Positions 56,150 to 64,000 of a stretch of DNA of 64,000 nucleotides are shown here, piece after piece. Position 1 is the stretch's first letter; each line of letters starts with the position of its first letter. The position numbers were made by a program, and so were the translations under genes. Location: the NCBI RefSeq assembly GCF_056712565.1, contig NZ_CM160072.1; one strand, 5' to 3'. Under the pieces are notes generated by a model. It had not been told where the DNA came from. It made no database searches and was given only the letters and a program-made list of their open reading frames with translations.

Positions 56150-56720
56150 AATAGAAACTCATTCGAAAAGGGAATGATGCAATGATAATTGCCATAACCT
56201 ATTTTTTCCATCTATAGATGGGTTTATTTACATATTATTGGTGAATGTAGGACGTTATTTTTACCCGCCATAAACTTCTTGATTACATAGTATTACGAAA
56301 GGATTTTACTGAGAACCAGAAGTAATTTTCCTTACCATCAAAATTCATCATCTTTGCCAAAGAAAAATGTTCAGAAAATAATCCATGAAAAATTGTCCGG
56401 AGCGCTTACTATTTTAATGGATTGTTAGTCTTTGCATGAGCAAACGGACTGATACATTTCTCTTTGTTCTCATTCAGAAAATCTCATCAGTTGGCGTTCT
56501 GCCCGATGTTGTGCTTTATGGGTGCGTTACGCTCCTGATGACGTCATTTGACGTTCAACAGCATCACGGGGCCGCACGACATTTCACGTCAGTCAGCGCT
56601 ATAGCTCAGAAACAAATTTTCCCGAATTGGGATATGCCCGCAAATTGCTGGTGATGTGGGGAGAATCTGGTTGAGTTCGGTAGAATTGATTTGGCGGCAG
56701 GACGCTTAAATCGTGGCGTC

Positions 56721-56756
56721 CTGAAACGAAAAACGGACCTCCGTGGAGGTCCGTTT
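56721..56756 (-). terminator. Rho-independent terminator native to the tRNA-Phe locus
   Basis: Minus-strand AAACGGACCTCC-AC-GGAGGTCCGTTT followed by TTTTTCGTTT; lies just 3' of the tRNA-Phe 3'-end copy. Confidence 0.65.
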
Positions 56757-56765
56757 ATATGAATT

Positions 56766-56787
56766 TGGTGCCGGACTCGGAATCGAA
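56766..56787 (-). repeat. Degenerate copy of the 3' end of tRNA-Phe: att-site direct repeat marking the island boundary
   Basis: tggtgccggactcggaatcgaa is the reverse complement of the last 23 nt of E. coli tRNA-Phe (TTCGATTCCGAGTCCGGGCACCA) with one C missing; no upstream tRNA body follows. Confidence 0.75.
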
Positions 56788-56980
56788 TATTTTATTTATC
56801 ATATTGATATTGATGTGATTTATTTGGTTTGGTGAAAAATGTACCCTCTTTTGTACCCTCAGTCCCTTTTGCTGTGAAAAAGGAATCAAACCCGGGAGTT
56901 GGAAGATGAGGTGAAAAGGGGGACGCATAAAGGGATTCACCTTAACAGCGTACTACTGTTAAGGTGGGAGGACCATCTCA

Positions 56981-57544
56981 TTATCCCCACCGGTCCCATC
57001 TCACCAGGTTGTTGATGATAATTTTATTACTAAATTTGCAGGGCGGCCTGGTTTTGTAATCCCGGCTCAGTCCTCTGAAGGCATTGATCTCCCCCCGCTC
57101 AAACAGCTCATCCTTATTCTGGTGCAGTTGTTTAAATGTGCTCAGAATGTTCGCTTCGCTGATTTCCGGAAAATTATCATATTCCAGTGACCTGAACCCT
57201 GTATCACGTGCCTGTGCATCCATTAAGGAAAACATCCCGGAACGCTGCATCAGGTTACGCCAGATTTCGCGCTCAAGATTCCGGGTAATGGCTTTCATTG
57301 CTGTTTCTGGTTTCTCCATCATCCAGCAACCACAGCGAAAATTCTGTTTCATCGCCCAGTCCGGGGCGGCTTTACCGCCAATATTTTCCGTCAGTGCTGA
57401 GATTTCTGTCAGTTGCCGGATAAGCGTGTCGATTTGCAGTAGTGTACTCTTTCGTACAGCCAGGATGTGTCTGATACTTGTGGAACAGATAACGGCTGTA
57501 TGCCCGTTGACCGCGTTCGGGTGGGGGATTGTGATATCTGACAT
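56981..57544 (-). CDS. Hypothetical island-terminal protein (possibly DUF4942-like)
   Basis: 187-aa ORF, last gene before the island boundary; family assignment uncertain. Confidence 0.45.
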   Translation of the reverse strand: MSDITIPHPNAVNGHTAVICSTSIRHILAVRKSTLLQIDTLIRQLTEISALTENIGGKAAPDWAMKQNFRCGCWMMEKPETAMKAITRNLEREIWRNLMQRSGMFSLMDAQARDTGFRSLEYDNFPEISEANILSTFKQLHQNKDELFERGEINAFRGLSRDYKTRPPCKFSNKIIINNLVRWDRWG

Positions 57545-57628
57545 TATGAGGTTTCCTTTCTGTTTATAAACGAAAACGCCAGCCCTGTTCAGGCTGGCGT
57601 CAGGAGAATGGAGTCTGGTGAGTGAGAT

Positions 57629-58051
57629 TCACCGGTTCTGGTGCATAAGTTGCAGTTGGTGCAGGGTACGGATATCCTCCCTGGCCTGTTCAATACAGGG
57701 CAGCAGTGCTGCCGAATCCGTTTTATCCTCATCGTTGTCGAAAATAATTCCGGACCCGCAGTCGATATTGTCCTGCAGCCACGCAATGAGGATATCCAGC
57801 GCTGTTTCAGTGGTTAATGGCATCACGCTCTGTATCACTGTATTGTCTTCCGGCAACTGATGAGGGCTGGCATAAGTTGCCGGTGTTTCGGTAGAGTCAC
57901 GGTCATCCACCACGCGGAGTGAATCACCGTTTTCAGCGGCCTTATTAATCAGTTCAGCGAGATTAACACCATCAATGTCAACGACAATTCGCCCCATATT
58001 CAGTGCCTGTACGTTAACGCTGTCGGCTTCCGGCGTCAGGGAAAGTTTCAT
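57629..58051 (-). CDS. YeeW-like protein
   Basis: 140-aa ORF immediately downstream of, and overlapping by 4 nt, the CbtA-like toxin gene. Confidence 0.6.
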   Translation of the reverse strand: MKLSLTPEADSVNVQALNMGRIVVDIDGVNLAELINKAAENGDSLRVVDDRDSTETPATYASPHQLPEDNTVIQSVMPLTTETALDILIAWLQDNIDCGSGIIFDNDEDKTDSAALLPCIEQAREDIRTLHQLQLMHQNR

Positions 58052-58425
58052 TGTTTCACCTCCGGGTGCTTACCCAGGATAATATTATTTACCGTTCTGT
58101 AATTGTCGCGGGTCATCAGGCCGGTCGCCCTGCGAGCCCGGAGGATATCAATACTGTTTATTAACTGAGAACGGGTACAGGCGCTGAATCCCGGCTGGTC
58201 GGTACGTACCAGTGCGTATTTTTCAACGAGAAAGTTCACCGCATCGCACAGTGAAATGCCTGCCTCAATATGCTGCTCAATCACACGTTCATCAGCGAAC
58301 GGTGTGTCATTCAGCGTAAGGCCGTAGTGCTGATCCAGCAGTCGGGTGAGCAGTGTCTGCCAGATTTCAACCGGAGACGGGCGTGAACTGGCCGCCTGCC
58401 CGGGTAATACAGGTAATGTTTTCAT
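58048..58425 (-). CDS. CbtA-family toxin (YeeV/YkfI/YpjF-like, type IV TA)
   Basis: 125-aa ORF MKTLPVLPGQAASSRPSPVEIWQTLLTRLLDQHYGLTLNDTPFADERVI... Confidence 0.8.
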   Translation of the reverse strand: MKTLPVLPGQAASSRPSPVEIWQTLLTRLLDQHYGLTLNDTPFADERVIEQHIEAGISLCDAVNFLVEKYALVRTDQPGFSACTRSQLINSIDILRARRATGLMTRDNYRTVNNIILGKHPEVKQ

Positions 58426-58513
58426 ACTGAAGATTTTCCTGATATGCAGAGATGAAAAATGGAAAAGTGGCGTGGTGAAAGCACCAGGCCGAGCAGAAGG
58501 TTATTCTGGAGAG

Positions 58514-58882
58514 TTACTTTTTCGTTTCGGGCGTCGGATAAACAGCCATATAAACGTAGCCACAACTGCCGAGGGTGTCGGCTTCGCAGGTCAGCCCTTT
58601 TGCATACAGCGTGACGGTATGCTGATGGCGGGGATTCAGTTCACCGCTGGTGAGCATGAGTTCCAGTTGTTTCATCAGCAGCGGAAAGGCCTGGTCCAGG
58701 TGGTACGAATCCGCGTCGCTGAACCGCCCTCTGATACCGGCGCGGTCGGCAAGGTAATGCAACCGGTTGCCTTCCTGTACCAGACGGGCACCAAAACAGG
58801 GCGTCACGGTGCAGGGCAGTCCCCACCAGGTACGGTCGTTATTGTCGTCGGGAAGCGTTGTCCCGGGGAGTGTGTCTGACAC
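58514..58882 (-). CDS. CbeA-family antitoxin (YeeU/YafW/YfjZ-like)
   Basis: 122-aa ORF MSDTLPGTTLPDDNNDRTWWGLPCTVTPCFGARLVQEGNRLHYLADRAGI..., immediately upstream of the toxin. Confidence 0.8.
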   Translation of the reverse strand: MSDTLPGTTLPDDNNDRTWWGLPCTVTPCFGARLVQEGNRLHYLADRAGIRGRFSDADSYHLDQAFPLLMKQLELMLTSGELNPRHQHTVTLYAKGLTCEADTLGSCGYVYMAVYPTPETKK

Positions 58883-58961
58883 GATAAAATCCTCACAGAA
58901 AATTGGTTAAGAATGGTCCGGTGGTGGCGATAATTCTGCTCTTCTGAATGCCCTTCCAGAC

Positions 58962-59183
58962 TCAGTTCAGGGTGACGCTCATCAGCCGGACATACGGACC
59001 AAAACTGTCCTTCCGGCGTTCTGCAAACACGGCCAGCACACAGGGAATATCCTGTACTTCACGGCCGGTATATGTATCCGTGCTACCGTGCCAGCGGTAT
59101 TTACCGGTACAGAACGGAAAAAGACGGGATGCAGGATGCTGACGGTGAATACGCATGGCTTCACCACGGGTGATGATTTTCAT
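58962..59183 (-). CDS. DUF987 protein (YeeT-like)
   Basis: 73-aa ORF in the conserved position between the RadC-like and CbeA genes. Confidence 0.65.
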   Translation of the reverse strand: MKIITRGEAMRIHRQHPASRLFPFCTGKYRWHGSTDTYTGREVQDIPCVLAVFAERRKDSFGPYVRLMSVTLN

Positions 59184-59269
59184 GAGAATAGTCCTCCTGA
59201 ATGTGAAAGTAAGAAACAGCTGAGAAAGAGAAACTGAAGTGATATGAAGGTGATTGTGACGGTGACGGG

Positions 59270-59746
59270 TTAAAGCAGACCGTGTTCCGCAAAGGAGAAA
59301 ACCTGGCTGCCACCGACTATCAGATGGTCCGGCACCCGGATATCCACCAGGCCCAGTGCCTGTACCAGACGTTCCGTGATAAGGCGGTCTGCCTTGCTGG
59401 GTGTGACTTCACCGGACGGGTGATTGTGTGCCAGCACCACAGCAGCGGCATTGTGATACAGGGCGCGTTTAATCACTTCCCGGGGATGGACTTCCGTGCG
59501 GTTGATGGTGCCGGTGAAGAGGGTTTCACCGGCAATCAGCTGATTCTGGTTGTTCAGATACAGCACCCGGAACTCTTCCCGCTCCAGTCCCGCCATGTTC
59601 AGAATCAGCCATTCTCGTGCCGCACGGGTGGAGGTGAAGGCCACGCCGGGTTCATGAAGATGGCGGTCCAGGGTTTTCAGGGCCCGTTGAATGAGGCTGC
59701 GCTCACCGGGCGTCATTTCTCCGGGCAGAAAGGAAATCTGTTGCAT
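59270..59746 (-). CDS. RadC-like JAB-domain protein (YeeS/YkfG/YfjY-like)
   Basis: 158-aa ORF with JAMM/MPN motif HNHPSGEVTPSKAD. Confidence 0.8.
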   Translation of the reverse strand: MQQISFLPGEMTPGERSLIQRALKTLDRHLHEPGVAFTSTRAAREWLILNMAGLEREEFRVLYLNNQNQLIAGETLFTGTINRTEVHPREVIKRALYHNAAAVVLAHNHPSGEVTPSKADRLITERLVQALGLVDIRVPDHLIVGGSQVFSFAEHGLL

Positions 59747-59760
59747 TGTTCCGGCCCCTT

Positions 59761-60240
59761 TCAGTCAATGATGCGCATAATGGCGCTGCATTCCGGATGC
59801 TGCAGGGCGTAATCCCGCAGCCGGTAATAATGGACCGTCATGGCATAACATTCCGTACGACAGGCATGATGGCTGTACGTCATCAGACAGGCGGCAATAC
59901 CGGCAGCTTCCGGACTCATTTCAGCGCGGTTACCGTTCATGGCATTGAACAGTACCCATGTTTCGTCATCATCGTCATCCGGTTCAGGTGCCATAAATGC
60001 GCCACCGTTGTTCAGGGTGTACAGATTCCAGATGCCCCCGCAGTAGTCTTCGCACAGACGGTCCATCCAGCCGAAGACACGGGGCTCCAGGGTCACCCAC
60101 TGTGGAATGAGGCCAAAATGCTGCGGCCAGAAGCTGATACGTTGTTCATCAGGGACGGGAGTAGCAACCAGTTGGGGCTGGTTATTCCCTGGTGCTGTGG
60201 CTGAAGAAAGAGCAGTTGTGTTCTGAGAAACGATTTTCAT
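59761..60240 (-). CDS. Antirestriction protein (ArdB/KlcA-like)
   Basis: ORF 59761..60312; start at MKIVSQNTT (cat 60238-60240); ISFWPQHFGLIPQWVTLEP...GGIWNLYTLNNGGAFMAPE. Confidence 0.75.
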   Translation of the reverse strand: MKIVSQNTTALSSATAPGNNQPQLVATPVPDEQRISFWPQHFGLIPQWVTLEPRVFGWMDRLCEDYCGGIWNLYTLNNGGAFMAPEPDDDDDETWVLFNAMNGNRAEMSPEAAGIAACLMTYSHHACRTECYAMTVHYYRLRDYALQHPECSAIMRIID

Positions 60241-60505
60241 GAGTGAAATCCTTACAATGTGTATAAATGAGAGGAAATAAAGGCCGGGGGCTGACAACAT
60301 CACGTTCATCACTGACCGTGAGACCCGGCAATATCAGGGATGAATGATATTCGGCTGAAATTCCGGACAGCCGTACGCGTAACCGTTCCGGTCACAGACG
60401 GATGGCCAGAAGATGCCATTGCCTGTACTCAGTCTGCACAGACTGAGTTCTCCGGGGCGTCGGGTGATTCTGGTGCCTGAATCACGCCTTCAGGGACAGA
60501 TTGCA

Positions 60506-61324
60506 TCAGCGCAGGCTCTCCAGTAGCGTTTCTGCCATCACCCACAATGCGCGATTGAGCTTAATGCCGGTGTCGATGCTGTGAATGGCACGGGTGTGGA
60601 TACGTTTTCCTCTGGCACTGCGACCGGAAATTCCGCCTTTTAGCATATTCTCCTGGATGGTCTGATAAGTACTCCACAGGTCCTTACCGTAATCCTCCCG
60701 GCGTCGTGGCGTCAGAATGTCGGCGGTGGTGACGGGCTGATGTTCGTCACCATAACGGTAAGTCAGTGCCGCCTGTGCCAGCGCCTGGCGTGTCGGTGGC
60801 GGCAGGACCAGCGACTGCATGGCATCACGCTTCTCCTCTATCCGGTCAAACACGCCCACCACCTCGTAAGCCCCTTCAATAACTTTCTCCACCACATTTC
60901 CCCGGTGTGGAACACGCAATTCTCCCAGAGACTGACCGCAGACCAGTCCATTGGTACAAATGGCACGAAAATATCCGGGTAACATCTGGTAGCTGGATGA
61001 ACCGTCATGGGAGTTGAGCAGAATAATTTCAGGCACATGCTGACCGGTTATCTGTCCGGCCCGCCGCAGACGCAGCATATGTTTGGTATATTCCCGGCGG
61101 CTCTGGTCGCGCACACGGGTCTGGCAGGCGAAGAACGGCTGAAAGCCTTCCCGCTGCAGATTTTCCAGGACGGTGATGGTGGGAATGTACGCATACCGTT
61201 CACTGCGGGAGGTGTGCCGGTCTTCTCCAAAAATACTCGGGACGTGGTACATCAGTTCTTCGCGTGTCAGTGGGCGCTCCCGACGGATCTGATTTACATG
61301 ACCAAAACGACTGGCTAATTGCAT
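60506..61324 (-). CDS. DUF932-family protein (YfjQ/YafZ-like)
   Basis: 272-aa ORF; length and position typical of CP4-type islands. Confidence 0.65.
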   Translation of the reverse strand: MQLASRFGHVNQIRRERPLTREELMYHVPSIFGEDRHTSRSERYAYIPTITVLENLQREGFQPFFACQTRVRDQSRREYTKHMLRLRRAGQITGQHVPEIILLNSHDGSSSYQMLPGYFRAICTNGLVCGQSLGELRVPHRGNVVEKVIEGAYEVVGVFDRIEEKRDAMQSLVLPPPTRQALAQAALTYRYGDEHQPVTTADILTPRRREDYGKDLWSTYQTIQENMLKGGISGRSARGKRIHTRAIHSIDTGIKLNRALWVMAETLLESLR

Positions 61325-61413
61325 ACTTTGCTCCTTATGAATGAATTAGCGGTATAAACGAAAAGGCCGCGTCTCCCGGAGAAGACGCGGCCTGATGGAT
61401 GAAATGAAGACGT

Positions 61414-61647
61414 TTATTGCCTGAGAATTCCCTCACTGGCGAGATACGAATTTAGCTGTTTTCCGGCATCAGGTTCAAAATTCCAGCACCGCCAGCGTAG
61501 CTGCCCTTCGGCATTGCGGATAACCAGCCGGAAATGCGTTCCCTGGTCATCTTCAATAAGCACATTGCGGTAAGCTGTTGTGATGACAACCGCCTGTTCG
61601 CGTGAGAAAGGGCCTTCGGGCAATAAAACAGGGCGACAGTCCAACAT
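61414..61647 (-). CDS. DUF905-like small protein
   Basis: 77-aa [62 protein letters not shown]... Confidence 0.55.
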   Translation of the reverse strand: MLDCRPVLLPEGPFSREQAVVITTAYRNVLIEDDQGTHFRLVIRNAEGQLRWRCWNFEPDAGKQLNSYLASEGILRQ

Positions 61648-61652
61648 ACCGG

Positions 61653-62330
61653 CTATTTTCCGATAAATTCAACGCTGGCGCCGGTGGCATTACCGTCAGC
61701 ACCAACCGTGACGGTCACTTTGTCGTACGCACGGTCTTCAGGATTGAATACTTCAAACTCAACCTTATTGCCTTTTACTTCGTAAGAGCCAAAATCAGCG
61801 GTTTCTGTTGTTTCCTCGTCGTATTTCCGGGCGTATGCCTGTCGGGCAGCCTGCAGTACGGAGTCTTTATTAATAGTGGTCGTCTGTTTCGGGGAAAAAA
61901 CGGCAAGTGATGTGACAAATTTCGGACAGACCTTCAGCATATCACCGCGGGTGAATTCCATTCGTACACCAAATGCCTGTAAAACGGACACATCACGCTC
62001 TGCTATGGAGTGAACGGCTTTTTTGACCATTTCCGACGCCTGTTCGGCTTCCACCTCAACAGCCCTGAATCCCGTCTGCTGATTACACATTTGTGATGTG
62101 GGGATCAGGTTACCGTTAATACTGATACGGCTGCCCAGGAGCGTCTGTACGCCATTCGGGCATCCCTGCATCAGGCCGGTAATACCAATCGTGCCATTTT
62201 TCAGCATTACCAGCGCCTGACCATCTTCCGTCATGGTCTGGCACCAGCCGTTTTTGACAGCCCAGTTACCGGCGGAGGCGGAGAAGGATGCAACAGTGAA
62301 AAGCAGGGGAAAAAGAGTTCTGGTATTCAT
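61653..62330 (-). CDS. Putative secreted/periplasmic protein of unknown function
   Basis: ORF 61653..62438; start at [20 protein letters not shown] (cat 62328-62330), a signal peptide. Confidence 0.55.
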   Translation of the reverse strand: MNTRTLFPLLFTVASFSASAGNWAVKNGWCQTMTEDGQALVMLKNGTIGITGLMQGCPNGVQTLLGSRISINGNLIPTSQMCNQQTGFRAVEVEAEQASEMVKKAVHSIAERDVSVLQAFGVRMEFTRGDMLKVCPKFVTSLAVFSPKQTTTINKDSVLQAARQAYARKYDEETTETADFGSYEVKGNKVEFEVFNPEDRAYDKVTVTVGADGNATGASVEFIGK

Positions 62331-62480
62331 GACTGACCTCTGAAATGAACGTACGGTGTTATTGATAATGATGGAAGGTATGCAGTGACTGTTCAGGAAA
62401 TGACGTAATAGCCATATATTTAGTTTTCTGTTCAACATATTGTCTCCATACCTGTCGGGACGGCTTTGGCAGGCCGGCGA

Positions 62481-63161
62481 TCACAGGTTAAAGGTGTTGA
62501 TAAGTTTATGGATGAAAGAGAAATGTGGCAGGGCGGAGATAAAACGCTCTTCAGCGACCAGATTGTGGATGTGGCCTCTCCGTTCAAACCGTTCTGATGT
62601 CAGGCTGACTGATTTGATATCTGCCAGGGGAAAGACCTGCAGTTTTCCCTTCTGTAACGCGATCAGATACCAGCTTCCGCTGTAATAAATGAGCCGGCAG
62701 GGCTCCAGTGACGTATACCATCGCTCAGTCATCAGCGAGATGTGGATACACTGTTTTATTGCCAGGATGAGTTGCGAGAAACACTCGGGGAACGTTGCAG
62801 TGATATCCGGCGCCGGTAGCCAGATAAGGCAGGGAGAGGGCTCCTGGTTGTCGGTAAGACAGGTTATCAGTCGTCCGTTCCGGAGCGGAAGTATCCGTGC
62901 GATCCCGGTATTCTGTATAAAAGAAAGCATTTCAGGGATCGCACACGGGCTGCTCTGTCGTCTGAGGCTGTACCTGCCATTTCTGTACTCTAAATCCAGG
63001 TGAACCAGACGCTGATGAAAATCGCGCTGTAAAGTACGTTCTGTAACGCCAAATTCATCTGACAGTGTCTTTAGTGACAGAGATTCTCCGGCCATCAGTC
63101 GGCTGATAATGAGTGATAAGCGAACCGCCAGACGATCATGCCGGGAACGATCATCAGACAT
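62481..63161 (-). CDS. HTH + WYL-domain transcriptional regulator (YfjR-like)
   Basis: 226-aa ORF; N-terminal HTH and WYL signature IYYSGSWYLIA. Confidence 0.7.
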   Translation of the reverse strand: MSDDRSRHDRLAVRLSLIISRLMAGESLSLKTLSDEFGVTERTLQRDFHQRLVHLDLEYRNGRYSLRRQSSPCAIPEMLSFIQNTGIARILPLRNGRLITCLTDNQEPSPCLIWLPAPDITATFPECFSQLILAIKQCIHISLMTERWYTSLEPCRLIYYSGSWYLIALQKGKLQVFPLADIKSVSLTSERFERRGHIHNLVAEERFISALPHFSFIHKLINTFNL

Positions 63162-63363
63162 AGATGTGTACTCCGTAAGAAAACATCTTTTATTTCATGA
63201 TGTTATTATGCCTCATGGTGTTGAAAGGATGTGTCGTATCTGAATAATCAGGAATAAAATGCAGCAGAAAAAATATTCCTTTAATTATCTGATTTTTAAT
63301 GATGATTTCATAAAAAGAAGAATACTCGTTAATCCAGCGACACATCCTGTCGGCGTGAGTGTG

Positions 63364-64000
63364 TCAGAACAGACGATCCCACAGTGTTTCCAGCAGGCGG
63401 ATAATGCGGTCCCGGGCTTTACGCAGAAGCTGTAACATCCAGACCGGAAAAGTGAACCGGGCAACGGCGTCGTCAAAACTTTTCCCGATGGCGTCACCAA
63501 AAGTCTGTTGTGCGTGTTTCTGGGCCTGTTCAGAGCGGTTTTCCCCCCGGATATGTGAATAAACCGCACTGGTTGCCTGCGGTGGCAGGGCGTGGATCAT
63601 CAGCGACACAAACGCCGGAAGATTCCAGCCGACAGGCGCAGCAACGGGGAGTACCGGAAATGATGACGGGAACAGGGTTGCCACCCTGGCTGTAACAGTT
63701 GCCAGTGAGAGTTCCTGGTGACGGGATGGGCATTTTTCTGTGGCATTCCATTCTTCAGCAGGAAACACGCGATCGGCATGGCTGAGAACAAACAGAAAAC
63801 GCGAGGGATCTGCACCTTCATTCAGTAAAAACTGATGCATGGCAATATCGGCAGCATACGCACGTTCATCAGCCCGCAGGATCCAGATAATCAGATCCAG
63901 TTCCGGCAGTAACTGACGGTAAATCTCCCGGTATTCCTGATCATGCTGCGGTGTCTCACCAATGCCGGGCAGATCGACCAGCGTCATTCTGCGTTCACCA
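63364..64000 (-). CDS. YeeP/YkfA/YfjP-like GTPase, C-terminal part; 5' end lies beyond the window
   Basis: Minus-strand frame open to the window edge; contains DLPG (G3-like) motif, but the N-terminal P-loop would lie upstream. Confidence 0.6.
   Translation of the reverse strand, partial: GERRMTLVDLPGIGETPQHDQEYREIYRQLLPELDLIIWILRADERAYAADIAMHQFLLNEGADPSRFLFVLSHADRVFPAEEWNATEKCPSRHQELSLATVTARVATLFPSSFPVLPVAAPVGWNLPAFVSLMIHALPPQATSAVYSHIRGENRSEQAQKHAQQTFGDAIGKSFDDAVARFTFPVWMLQLLRKARDRIIRLLETLWDRLF

Larger units (their letters stand above)
56788..64000. mobile_element. Proximal part of a pheU-associated CP4-like genomic island; extends beyond the window
   Basis: Begins at the tRNA-Phe 3' remnant; gene content is absent from the K-12 cadC-pheU region; all genes on the minus strand. 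Confidence 0.7.

Noticed and set aside
56436-56654. 72-aa ORF in the cadC-pheU spacer
   Set aside because: No RBS, no recognisable domain, and it lies in the native spacer next to the tRNA terminator. Could be a remnant, but there is no support for a functional gene.
56766-56787. Possible intact tRNA-Phe gene
   Set aside because: Only the terminal 22 nt of the tRNA are present. The upstream sequence (tattttatttatcatattg...) does not match the T-arm or anticodon arm, so this is an att remnant, not a tRNA.

Overview
This 64 kb window is Escherichia coli chromosome, collinear with the K-12 region from mdtN to cadC, ending in the first ~7.2 kb of a genomic island at the 3' end of tRNA-Phe (pheU). 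I identified genes by recognising the translated ORFs; no search was run. Order: mdtN (partial)-ytcA, yjcS, the D-allose operon alsKECAB-rpiR, rpiB, yjdP, the 14-gene phosphonate C-P lyase operon phnPONMLKJIHGFEDC, yjdN, yjdM, crfC-yjcZ, proP, pmrR, basSR-eptA, adiC-adiY-adiA, melR-melA, yjdF, fumB, dcuB, dcuRS, yjdI, yjdJ, ghoST, lysU, dtpC, cadBA, cadC. The strain is not K-12 MG1655. Four things stand out: (1) melB is missing, with melA and yjdF stop codons overlapping; (2) alsC has an in-frame amber codon and alsB a 1-nt frameshift; (3) phnE is intact; (4) a degenerate 22-nt copy of the pheU 3' end at 56766-56787 marks the boundary of a CP4-like island carrying a CbtA/CbeA toxin-antitoxin module, RadC-like and antirestriction genes, and a WYL-domain regulator. 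No CRISPR array, intact tRNA, rRNA or IS element was seen. I found no clearly novel system; the least characterised part is the distal island cluster (61.4-64 kb).
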